In this document: positions 51,337 through 62,199 of the stretch, in pieces
Layout: each line of letters starts with the position of its first letter
How positions within the stretch are numbered: the first letter of the stretch is position 1
Translations under genes and position numbers: made by a program
From: Antedon mediterranea
Lineage: Eukaryota > Animalia > Echinodermata
NCBI RefSeq assembly: GCF_964355755.1
Contig: NC_092678.1
Coordinates: forward strand, 8,448,422-8,512,421
Length of the DNA: 64,000 nucleotides
Direction of reading: 5' to 3'
Notes under the pieces: generated by a model
What the model saw: only the letters and a program-made list of their open reading frames with translations
The model's database searches: none
Told to the model about the DNA's origin: nothing

Positions 51337-52787
51337 TAGAATAACTTTATATAACTTAAATTTATGTAATCTAATATGTTATCTAATTAGAAAATGAAAT
51401 TAGACAATATTGTTAGAATAAAAAACGACAGATAGAGAAGATACAACATGAAGTGTGAAGGAATGTTATTGAGATACACTGTTGAGGAAATTTAGTCATA
51501 AGATGTTTATAAAAATAGAAAATTATATATTCCTCTATTAACAGTTAATTAATTAATTAGTTAATTAATGGGGTTGAAAATTAGATGGATTAAAATCAAA
51601 CTACCTCAAATTAAGACGATTTATGCCTGAGCACCTACTGTAATAATTTGTTAAATTTGTTTGTTGCAAAAATAAATTTATCATCTAACGATCAATGTAT
51701 TTTCATTAAAAAGGTTAAAAAAGGACCAACATGAAATAGGTGCTCGTGGTATAATGCTTGTATTGTTCAAAATTATACTGGTATTACAATCATGCAATTT
51801 CTAGTATAGCGTATTATGCTAGATGACCATTAGTCAATGCATAATAGTTCTACCCCCCATACAGGACAGACCATCTAGTACGTATTTTTCATGAAACACA
51901 TTGATGATATCAATATTTATTAATAATGTAGAATTACTGTTTTATACTTTTACAGTATGCATCAGTTTTTAATTATAGTGTAATGTGAGATCCAATATTT
52001 ATTTACTGCAGCAGGATTTTTAAACTGAAAAAGAAATTACTGCACTACATTTTCAAGCTGTTTTAAGCCCACTAAATAGGCTAATTTCTAATTTTTAAAT
52101 GCACATCCACATAATATTATTGACCACTGATTGTTTTAACATTTTTTTTACCTGATCTGACATTTACTGAAAGACTTGATAGCAAACGATATTTATAAAC
52201 CTAATTGAATAGCCCCATAACAATTGTAAATGTTCAATTCAATCTGGTGAAAATAAATTATTTATACTTGTTTATAATTATATTCTGACTGTTTTTATAC
52301 TTTATTGTTTTGATAATAGATTTTCGCTTATCTTATTTAGTATCTTCATTGAGATTCATGCCCACAGCATTGTGTATTTTAACCATTGTTTTGAAAAAAT
52401 TAATGTATTGTATATTGATATAATATTTAACTGGTTATTTGTTTGCAGAAAATAGTTGTGTACCGATACACCTGTGCCCAAACTAGCTCAGCAGAAAGCA
52501 CATTTGACAAAATACATCAATGACATCATTGAAGACCATTCAATAAATAGATTAAAGTAGAATGTCATTTGCGTGTCTAAAACTGTAAACATACTAGGTT
52601 CTGGTGTTTTACTAAGAACAATTCAATTGTCACATCATCACCATTATTTTTCCTTTCATCACTTCCTTTTGTGGGAGGTGCTTAAACCATAGAGGTAAAA
52701 TTCATTCACGCTTACGGATACTTTGATAGCTATTGGTAAAAATACTTTTTTGTTCTCATCATTCAGTGTTGTGTTGTTAGAATAAAT

Positions 52788-53373
52788 ATGAGCTCTGAGA
52801 TGGTTATCTTGCTGTTTTTTTTTTGAATTTGTAAATTTCAAAACAATATAGTATACAAGGAACAGCCATGCATAGAATGCCCTCATCATGTTGAAAACTT
52901 TTGTTTTGACAATCAAAATAAACTGTTGTCTTTTGATATAGAACGATGGACATATTTTACATTTTCGTTTAAAACATCACATTCATTATTTTAAAAGCAC
53001 CTTTACAGAAGAATTAGGCCTATACATGACTGCAGTCGCGTGCGGAAATGTGAGTTAGTGTTTTCCGACCGACCAACCGACCGCCATAGTGAGCTGTAGA
53101 GTCAAGTTTGCACGCGACTAAAAATGCTAGTTAAGGAACAGATACGTTTTTAGTTTTTCTTAAAAAGACGAGAACTAAGGAGCCTGTCGGATATCCAAAG
53201 TGATGCTGTTCAATCTGAATGAATGGTATTTCAGCCAAGTTTTTTTATATCAACTGTAAACATGAATCCTGTAAGAAATGATGCAGAAAGTTTTTATAAT
53301 GATGACATCACCATGCAATGGTGGAAAATCCATTGAACAGAGCGAGTTGACATGCATCATTTGATAGTGATGC
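52788..53373 (+). pseudogene. Decayed copy C of the membrane-protein family
   Basis: ATGAGCTCT at 52788; TGCCCTCATCATGTTGAAAACTTTTGTTTTGACAA matches the N-terminus of copy A; 53230-53373 matches the tail (STVN..DDITM..MVENPLNR..HASFDSD). The middle is deleted or replaced, including a small element at ~53034-53125. Confidence 0.75.
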
Positions 53374-53783
53374 CAGGCTAGTGTAGTGATCTGGAAGTTG
53401 TGGGTTCATGTTTTTGTTTGTTTATTTTTATATACGGTATACTTAGACAAATTGCCAACGATAACCATAAGCGAATTCATTCACTATCCTTCTTAAGTCT
53501 ACTGTTTTGTTTTTAGAAGCTAAACCACAATTCATGTGTTTCCTGGAAGCCAATCCTGGTTGTTTATTCCACAAAGCAGGATTTTATTGCAATTATTGTC
53601 TTTTAATGTTTCCTTTTGTCTTAATATTGCCTAAAATACAATTCGTTTTGCACATTATAAACTGTCGTCATCATATGCACATGATTATTATTGTATCACC
53701 AAGAATATTTTGTGCTGATAGATTGACTTTTGACCCCCTCTGGAGCTCAGTGACCTCTATGTGGTTATTTTACTACAGTTTAA

Positions 53784-54572
53784 AGTGGCAATTTCCAAAA
53801 AGCATTTTTCTTGGATCTGTGTATAAATTGTCTTCATCAAGACAGATTTTGCATTTTCATTCAGAACATCAATTTTTTTAAAATGCAAAAGAAAGGATTT
53901 ATGTGTGAAAACTGCAGTGAAATTATTGATGTCATCGTGAAATGGATAGCAAACGACACATGCTCGCAGACTGATTTGAATGATTTCATAGGAAGCGTAA
54001 AGGACAAATATTTGAATGAAAATGGATTTAAATCGTATTCCTGTGATGCACAATATGAAAATCAAACTAAAAACTTAATAATATTACTTCTTACTGCGGC
54101 TCTTGTAGTTTGCGTTGTCTTTTTTACGATTGTAATTTGTAGAATGGATAAACGTGGTCGACGAATGATGGTAGAGCTTGAAAAAGACATGCAGCATAGA
54201 TCTCGACTTCAACCAGGTTTGTCAATGTCAACAGTAAACATGGATCTTAAAAAAGATGACGTTTCAAATGAGAATACTTTTGATGACATCACCATGCCAG
54301 ATGTTAACCCACTGTCTCGCAAACCGACAAACTTCCCAATGGTGGAAAATCCATTAAACAGAGGGAATCGACATGCATCATTTGATAGTGATGGTTACAC
54401 CAATCCTGTTAACGTAAATGAAATACATCTGTACTCTGGCCTAAAAAAACATGTTAGTACATCAAGTAGTGAAGATGATGAGGGCTACCTGCTACTCAAT
54501 CAACATTTCTCATTAAAAGAAACAGTAAACGACTATCTAAATCTAAATCCAATCACAGAGAGTGAGGCTTAG
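53784..54572 (+). CDS. Copy D of the membrane-protein family; open from ectodomain to stop but signal-peptide region disrupted
   Basis: Frame open after TAA at 53781: SGNFQK..KKGFMCENC..TM LIILLLTAALVVCVVFFTIVIC..tail YTNP, YSGL, YLLL, YLNL, ends ESEA. Upstream remnants (SSV, LYVVILL) are out of frame and the family ATG is missing. Confidence 0.7.
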   Translation, partial: SGNFQKAFFLDLCINCLHQDRFCIFIQNINFFKMQKKGFMCENCSEIIDVIVKWIANDTCSQTDLNDFIGSVKDKYLNENGFKSYSCDAQYENQTKNLIILLLTAALVVCVVFFTIVICRMDKRGRRMMVELEKDMQHRSRLQPGLSMSTVNMDLKKDDVSNENTFDDITMPDVNPLSRKPTNFPMVENPLNRGNRHASFDSDGYTNPVNVNEIHLYSGLKKHVSTSSSEDDEGYLLLNQHFSLKETVNDYLNLNPITESEA

Positions 54573-56729
54573 TAATGTTAAACCCAGACAATTACTCTTG
54601 TAAGTAGACCTCCCAAAGCTTTTTAGCATTTCTCTTCTCGTACAGCATCAACCTAAGTTCCGTGGTGATACCACAGACATTTTTTGAATTGCAATTTATG
54701 ATAATTTTATGTCCTGAAAAGCTTTCACTTGAAACGAAACAATTTCTGTTCTGAATACTATTACCCTGTAATTGCTTTTGAGAATTCCTATTACTATACT
54801 GCAAAGAATGACAGACATGAGTTCCGGTGCTGTGAAATTTTCAATGCAATTTATAACAAACTTTGTACATATTGTGTCAAATTTGTCTTCATCAACAGAT
54901 TTAAAAATATTGAAGCCTTGAGTCGGTTGGTGAGCATTAAATCAGTTTATCATCTCCATTCATCAAGTAAAAAAGATTAATTATTTGTGTTATGATTATT
55001 GTAAATTACTTCAGTATACGGTAACATAATTTGCAAAATTTTTCAAAATTTTATTAATGATGGCAGGAAATGCTGCACACAGCCATCCTCCATTTCATAT
55101 TGATTGTTTGCAATTTTTTAATTATTTTTTTGCAAAAGGTATTTTAAAGATATATTTAAAAAAAAAATTAATTTGTTTTAATTTTGCTGTTGAATATGCC
55201 ATTTTGATGTTCCATTTTATAGTTATTCACTTTGACCAAAAAAATTGGATTGGAATGCATTGTTTATTATTGTTCTTTTTTTCCCCAAATTTATGTGAAT
55301 TTTTTTCTTTTCTTTTGTAGGATGCACCTTTATTTTGAAGTGTGCCATCGATTTAAAATCCAAATAAATAAATAAGTGCATGTTGGCACAAGAAGTCCCA
55401 TACAGTAGAGTTGTGACTCGGGAAAAACCCCCATGATTATGAATCTGTAAACCACATTACGTGCAGTAACTGTAGTAGACTTATAATATTATGCTTATCT
55501 GTGGTCATTAAGTAGTGATCCCATATAGTTGTGATTCGGAAAAACCCAATGCATCTCCATATGAATCGTAACCATGTCAAAATTATTCTACTGCAGTCAA
55601 CTACATTTTGTTTTAACTTATTTTTCCAATTATTTAGCAGGATTTTTTAGGTAATAATATAATATACTAATTAATAATTAATAATAATAATTAATGCAGT
55701 GACTGCCTCATAGACCTCTACATTGAAACACACTAAAATCATACGTTTAATGCACGTTCAGCTTTCTGTAAACATTTTGAGAATATTTTGACATTTGAGA
55801 AATCAACTTGTTGTGAGCGCTACTCCACGTCTAAAGTATGTTATAAAACAAATAATGAGTATTTTGTATTCATTGAATGAAGAGAATATTTCATTCGAGG
55901 AAAAATTTACTGCTCTATTTTCAACCTGGCTTCGCCTCATTAAATATTGAGCATTACATTTTTCACCTCATGAAACATTCACACCATCTAATTCATAAAC
56001 ATTATTATTTGTATACCAACACATTTACAACTATGACCAAAAAGATCTGGAAAACTGATTAAAATTTAACAATCAACATTAAACTATTTTCCCTATATTT
56101 TGCCACGTTTTTAGTCGGAAACTGGTTATTAAATTATGATTCATTGTTCTATTTACTTGGTGGTAAGATGCCAAGGTTAAAATAATGTGTGTTACTATTA
56201 AACATAATTAAATGTGGTTTTATATAATATGCTAAATTGTACCACATTCAACTTCAGTATGTTTAAAAATAGTGGGGTGATTTGGAGTTTTTTTTAATTA
56301 GTTTTAGCTTACAAATTTTAGGTAACCAAAATTAGGTAGCCTAGGTTCGCACTCCACCCCTTTGACAGAAAAAAGGGAGCATGTTAATGAAGAGCCATGC
56401 ACGCAAAAATTACATCCATTGGCTGGGCACTCAAGGGGTTGGGGGAGGAGCCCCGAGAAGCTGGCACCGCCACTGTCACTACACTTTTACAAGGCTAAAT
56501 ATTTAGTCGATTATTAGCAGAATGCTTTGATCCAAACCTGATGTACTTCTTTCTAAAATGTATTTCAATATATTTTTTTGCTTTGACCTGTGCCTTCTTT
56601 CCAGCCAGTATTGATTTATCTTGGGTTTTTTTTCAATTGTTTGTTAATAATGTTAGAATTAAAATATAATAATATGAATTTTTTGGAAGAATATTAAATT
56701 TGATATTGAATTGAAATTTGTTTTTGCAG

Positions 56730-57602
56730 ATAAAGACGCCTCTCTTGAATACAACACTTTATTTGGTGATCAAAAAATAAAAAAGAAAAAATCAAGTGTG
56801 AAAAATAATGAGGCAGATACCAGTGTAGATGCTAACCAATGTGACCATGACAGCATAGATGGCGCTATATCTGAAACTGGCTCGGATAAAGTAATGAAGT
56901 ATGGATGGCAACATTTTAATAATAGTTTAGAAGATATTTTAAATTCAGAAATGAAGAATGAAAAGTATGATTCGGATTTAGAGGCAGATATGGGAGGTGA
57001 TAAAGATATTACTTGTGGATATGACCAGCAGGTACAATATGATATTGGTAACAAAAGTGACAACAAAACTCAGCCAAGCAATAAAAAAGAACCTGACTTC
57101 ACTAACAAGGTTTCAGATTGGCTACAATATTTGCCATCAACTAATGAAAATAAAACCACCAATCCTGAAAATAAATCTGATTTGTTTGAAAATATCATGG
57201 ATAACACCACTGTGATTTCTGAAGGTAAAGAAATCCTTATTAAACAGGAAATGCAAAAACAAAATTTGACAATGACATTGGTGAGTGGAGATACTGATAT
57301 CCAGGGTGAGAGTGAAAAAACTGAGGAATATTCTGTACCAGATAATCTTATAAAACCAAATTTAGCTCATAATAAACATGAAAAGCTACCTGAAGTACAA
57401 GATAATACAACTCTTACCTGTACCAAAGGGCATGCGTCTCATCTCCCTCATGTTTTATCACCAAAAGTTTCTGAAGATGTAATTATTTCGGACGATGATT
57501 CAACTTATGTGTCTGGTGGTCGACTTTCGCAGGGAAACTCTGACATTCCCGGAACACCAGACTCAAAACAGATGATATACTCAAATAGCAGCTCAAGTCA
57601 AA
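56730..57602 (+). CDS. Probable large internal exon of an unidentified gene (disordered, S/D/E/K/N-rich)
   Basis: ~930-bp open frame starting right after acceptor TTTTTGCAG (56729). Donor uncertain (GTAATA at 57603 or GTGCAT at 57615). No recognisable domain. Confidence 0.6.
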
Positions 57603-58139
57603 GTAATAAGTTAGGTGCATCCAAAGTGTACAAGATGATTAATAGAAGAAATATTAATTTTTAAAATCTGATAACATTTTATATAAAAAATTATAAAAAT
57701 GAATTTCAAACATTTAAAAGTTAGTTCTTACTTATGGTAGAACCTTGTTGAGTTTCCAATCATTGTATTAAAAAAATTAATTTAATAATTATATACAGTT
57801 ATAATTGGTAATCACTTTTCAGGGGGAACTCTAATAAGGGACAATTTGCTGGGTCTTGGAAGGTGTCCTCTTATCAACTAAGTGTCCGTGGATAGTTAAT
57901 TTATTTTTGGAAATTTTGCATGATATTTTTAAACGGGCATCGCACATGATTCCAATAAACTATAAAACTATAATTAACCAACGAAACCATTAAGTCAACA
58001 GTTTAGTGCAATAATAAGAATCCCCTTCATCAAAATATGTGTGCTTTTGTGTCTTGTTCTCACAATGTAATTATTAACAATTGGTAGCATAAAATGGTGA
58101 GAATATTGATAACCATTAATAAAAAAAAAGCTATTTGCA

Positions 58140-59470
58140 ATTAAGTTCATAAATGTTCAGTGATGTCATATAAATTTGGGACAAGCCAAGAATATTTGCA
58201 ATTTGGTAATTGAAATGTTCATTAATGTCATTTATATATATTGTTTGAAGGTTTGCATGGCGAAATCAAATGTTGATATAAAGTTTGCGGTACACCACGT
58301 GTATTAGTTCTGAAAAGAACTGTTGAGTTTCTCAACGTTTCGATCAATATGCTTCGATCATCCTCAGGAGTGAGAATTCTCACTCCTGAGGACGATCAAA
58401 CTCAGAACTAATACACGTGGTGTACCGCAAACTTTATATCAACGTTATTTATATAATTCCTTGACAATATTGAAATAATTAGTTAATTTCAATTAGGTTA
58501 ATGTTCAGTCATTATAAAAAAAATAAAATATAATAAAATGTATATATTATTAAAATGGTTACAGTAATATTGATAGCCATTATTTGCAGTTAAGTTATTT
58601 GGAATTGGGTTCATGAATGTTCAGTAATGTCATTATAATAAAATGTATATAATGTTAAGTGTAATGTAATGCTCAATAAATTATTAACGTCATTTACAAA
58701 TTTTAATTTGTTCATGAATATTCAGTAATGTTATAATAAAATGTATATAAGGTTTATAAATATTAAGTAATGTAAAATGCATGTAATTATTAACAATTGA
58801 ATGTCATATTAAAATGGTGACAATTAATTAATAAATAATTTCCAATTCATGAATGTTCAGTAATGTAATTTTATATAATGTTGACAATAAGTTATTAGCA
58901 ATTAAGTTTATGAATATTCAGTATGTCATAATAATTTAAAAAGTTACAATATTGATTGTGCAAAAGGTATTTTGCAATTGGTTCACAAATGTTTAGTAAT
59001 AATTAATTTTAATATGAATTTTTTTATTTTCTTATGAAATTTGTATTGGCGTAAAATGAGTTACGGATATAAAATTAAATTGCAATTCATTCATAATTTA
59101 GGTAAAGCTTAATTTTCTAATGAATTTTAAATTTTGGTTATAAAAAGATATTATTAAATTAAATATTTACTTTCCTTAAAATAGAACTTATGTTTTAGCA
59201 ATGAATAAAAAAAGATTTAAAAAGGTTTAAAAACAATTTCAACAAACTTTTTTGAGAAATAATTATTAATGTATAATTTATTATTTATTTATAATAAGTC
59301 AATGTTGTAAATGAATATTCAGTAATGTCATTTATATAATTCCATGACAATATTGATAGCTTAATAAGTTATTTGCAATTAGGTTCATAAATATTAAGTA
59401 ATGTAATAATAAAATGTATTATGTTCATGAATATTCAATAATAAATAATAATAAAATGTATTATGTTTTT
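58140..59470. repeat. Degenerate AT-rich satellite-like region
   Basis: Motif TTCATGAAT(G/A)TTCAGTAATGT recurs ten or more times at irregular spacing. Confidence 0.7.
58272..58443. mobile_element. Inverted-duplicated Penelope-like terminal fragment containing a minimal hammerhead ribozyme (minus strand 58331-58370)
   Basis: Perfect ~42-bp outer arms and an inner palindrome centred on GAATTC (58374-58379). Minus strand reads CTC-CTGAGGA-TGATC(..)GATC-GAAA-CG-TT-GAG. Confidence 0.75.
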
Positions 59471-59554
59471 GATCTGTGTATAACAGTTGGCCAAATACTT
59501 GCACAAAACATTTGTCTATTTTATCCAGAAAACATCTATTGGGTCACATACTTA

Positions 59555-60195
59555 GGCTGTGTTTATACAACACCCTAAATTTGAACACGTCTTTAATTTT
59601 TAGCGTGTTGCACGGGCCGAGGTCAACCCCACAAAAACCTTGCAGTTATACATTAAATCGTAATACCGTGTTATACCATAGTTCATAATTATAAGTTGTA
59701 TATATACTCACATGCATTATGAATTAATATGAGTTTATTAAGGATTTTAATAAAGGATGATTTCGTTAAAAATTTAGCATATTCAGTTATTGATTTTTTA
59801 AATTTGCTTTTGAGATTAGAAAAAAAAAATGTTTTAGAATAAAACTATGCTACATTACATTATTATTATTATTATGCCAAATTATGCCAACAGTTGATTA
59901 GCGTTAATGTTTAGTGCTAAATCGGTTAAAATATACAAAAAAAGGCACAATTATCTACTAGATTTGGTCAACATTTTCACAGCACATACTTTTATTTAAC
60001 GAGAAGTCAAAACAATACCCTGAGGAAACTTCCAACACGCCAACAGCAACCGGGAATCCACAAAATTTTAGGATTCAGCCAAGTAGCCTTTTTTGCAATT
60101 AAATCTCATTACACGGAATCACTTCGATGTTATACAACACACTTTTCGTAGGCGTGTTGAATATGCGTGTAATAGCGTGTTGTATAAACGCGCCC
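59555..60195. mobile_element. PIF/Harbinger-type MITE
   Basis: TIRs GGCTGTGTTTATACAACAC / GTGTTGTATAAACGCGCCC with TTA on both sides. Confidence 0.75.
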
Positions 60196-60324
60196 TTAGA
60201 CAAGACCCATGTACACCAGCCAACACAGCAATAAGCTATTATTTCAGCAACACTACCAATATAAAATTTTGAGGAAGACTGAGAACCACCCTACCAATAA
60301 CTCTCAGCAACGACCTACTCACCC

Positions 60325-60595
60325 TTTTTGGGGTAGCGCAAGTCCGTTTTGGGGTAGCGCAAGTCCGTTTTGGGGTAGCGCACATACGTTTTTTGGTAGC
60401 GCAAGTCCGTTTTGGGGTAGCGCATGTTCGTTTTGGGGTAGCGCACATACGTTTTTTGGAAGTAGCAAGTTCGTTTTTGGGTAGCACAAGTTCGTTTTTG
60501 GGTAGCGCAAGTCCGTTTTGGGGTAGCGCACATACGTTTTTTGATAGCGCACGTTTGTTTTTGGGTAGCGCACGTCCGTTTTGGGGTAGTGCAAG
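60325..60595. repeat. 21-bp minisatellite, ~13 copies
   Basis: Unit TTTTGGGGTAGCGCAAGTCCG with variants. Confidence 0.95.
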
Positions 60596-62087
60596 ACATG
60601 AGCTACTCAAACTAGCTGTCTGATACCTGACGTTGGACATGAGCTACTCAAACTGGTTGTCTTATACCTGATGTTGGACGTGAACTACTCAAACTGGCTG
60701 TGAGCTACTCAAACTGACCGTCAGATACCTGATGTTGGACATGAGCTACTCAAACTGGCCGTCTGATACCTGACGTTGGAAGTGAGCTACTCAAACTGGT
60801 TGTCTTATACCTGATGTTGGACGTGAACTACCCAAACTGGCCGTGAGCTACTGAAACTTGCTGTCTGATATCTGATGTTGGATGTGAGCTACTCAAACTG
60901 GCCGTCAGATACCTGATGTTGGACATGAGCTACTCAAACTGGCCGTCTGATACCTGATGTTGGACGTGAGCTACTCAAACTGGCCTTCTGATACCTGATG
61001 TTGGACATGAGCCACTCAAACTGGTTGTCTGATACCTGATGTTGGACGTAAGCTACTAAACCTGGCTGTCTGATACCTGATGTTGGACGTGAGCTACTCA
61101 AACTGGCTGTCTGATACCTGATGTTGGACGTGAAATACTCAAACTGGCCGTGAGCTACTCAAACTGGCCGTCAGATACCTGATGTTGGACATGAGCTACT
61201 CAAACTGGCCGTCTGATACCTGATGTTGGACGTGAGCTACTCAAACTGGCCATCTGATACCTGATGTTGGACATGAGCCACTCAAACTGGTTGTCTGATA
61301 CCTGATGTTGGACGTAAGCTACTAAACCTGGCTGTCTGATACCTGATGTTGGACGTGAGCTACTCAAAATGGCAGTGAGCTACTCAAACTGGCCGTCTGA
61401 TACCTGATGTTGGACGTGAAATACTCAAACTGGCCGTGAGCTACTCAAACTAGCCGTCTGATACCTGATGTTGGACATGCGTTACTCAAACTAGCCGTCT
61501 GATACCTGGTGTTGGACGTGAGCTACTCAAACTGGCCGTCTGGTACCTGATATTGGACGTGAAATACTCAAACTGGCCGTGAGCTACTCAAACTTGCTGT
61601 CTGATATCTGATGTTGGATGTGAGCTACTCAAACTGGCCGTCAGATACCGGACGTTGGACGTGAGCTACTCAAACTGGTTGTCTGATGCCTGATGTTGGA
61701 CGTGAGCTACTCAAACCGGCCGTCAGATACCTGATGTTGGACATGAGCTACTCAAACTGGCTGTCTGATACCTGATGTTGGACGTGAGCTACTCAAACTG
61801 GCCGTCTGATACCTTATGTTGGACGTGAGTTACTCGCACTTACCGTCTTATACCTAATGATGGACGTGAGCTACTCACACTGACCGTCTGATATGTATGT
61901 TGGACGTGAACTACTCAAACTAGCCGTCTGATACCTGATGTTGGATATGAGACTCAAACTGGCCGTCTGATACCTGGTGTTGGACGTGAGCTACTCACAC
62001 TGGCCGTCTGGTATCTGATGTTAGACGTGAGCTACTCAAACTGGCCGTCTGATACATGATGTTAGACGTGAGCTACTCAAACTGGCC
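60596..62087. repeat. 41-bp minisatellite interspersed with 20-bp truncated units
   Basis: Unit GAGCTACTCAAACTGGCCGTCTGATACCTGATGTTGGACGT; short unit GAGCTACTCAAACTGGCCGT; ~1.5 kb. Confidence 0.95.
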
Positions 62088-62199
62088 AGTCGACGCTATC
62101 GTAACGATTTACTTCAAAAGGCACTCGCTATCGTTATCATTTCAACTTGATCGCTATCTATAGCCTATTTTTGTAAATAATCTTAAAGTAATTTATCTT

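Noticed and set aside
47560-54572. Canonical ITAM/ITIM assignment for the tails
   Set aside because: Tyr motifs lack the -2 hydrophobic residue of ITIMs, and the best YxxL pair (copy D) is 12 residues apart, beyond the usual 6-8; reported only as generic SH2-type motifs.
55395-55580. Duplicated GGAAAAACCC motif as NF-kB sites
   Set aside because: Part of a short local duplication downstream of the cluster; imperfect consensus and expected by chance.
60209-60640. Several overlapping repetitive ORFs (PFWGSAS, ALPQNGL, CATPKRT, RYPKTDL)
   Set aside because: By-products of a 21-bp stop-poor minisatellite; open in many frames on both strands.
60596-62087. Regular ~41-bp repeats resembling a CRISPR array
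   Set aside because: Units are contiguous with no unique spacers, there are no cas genes, and the context is eukaryotic.
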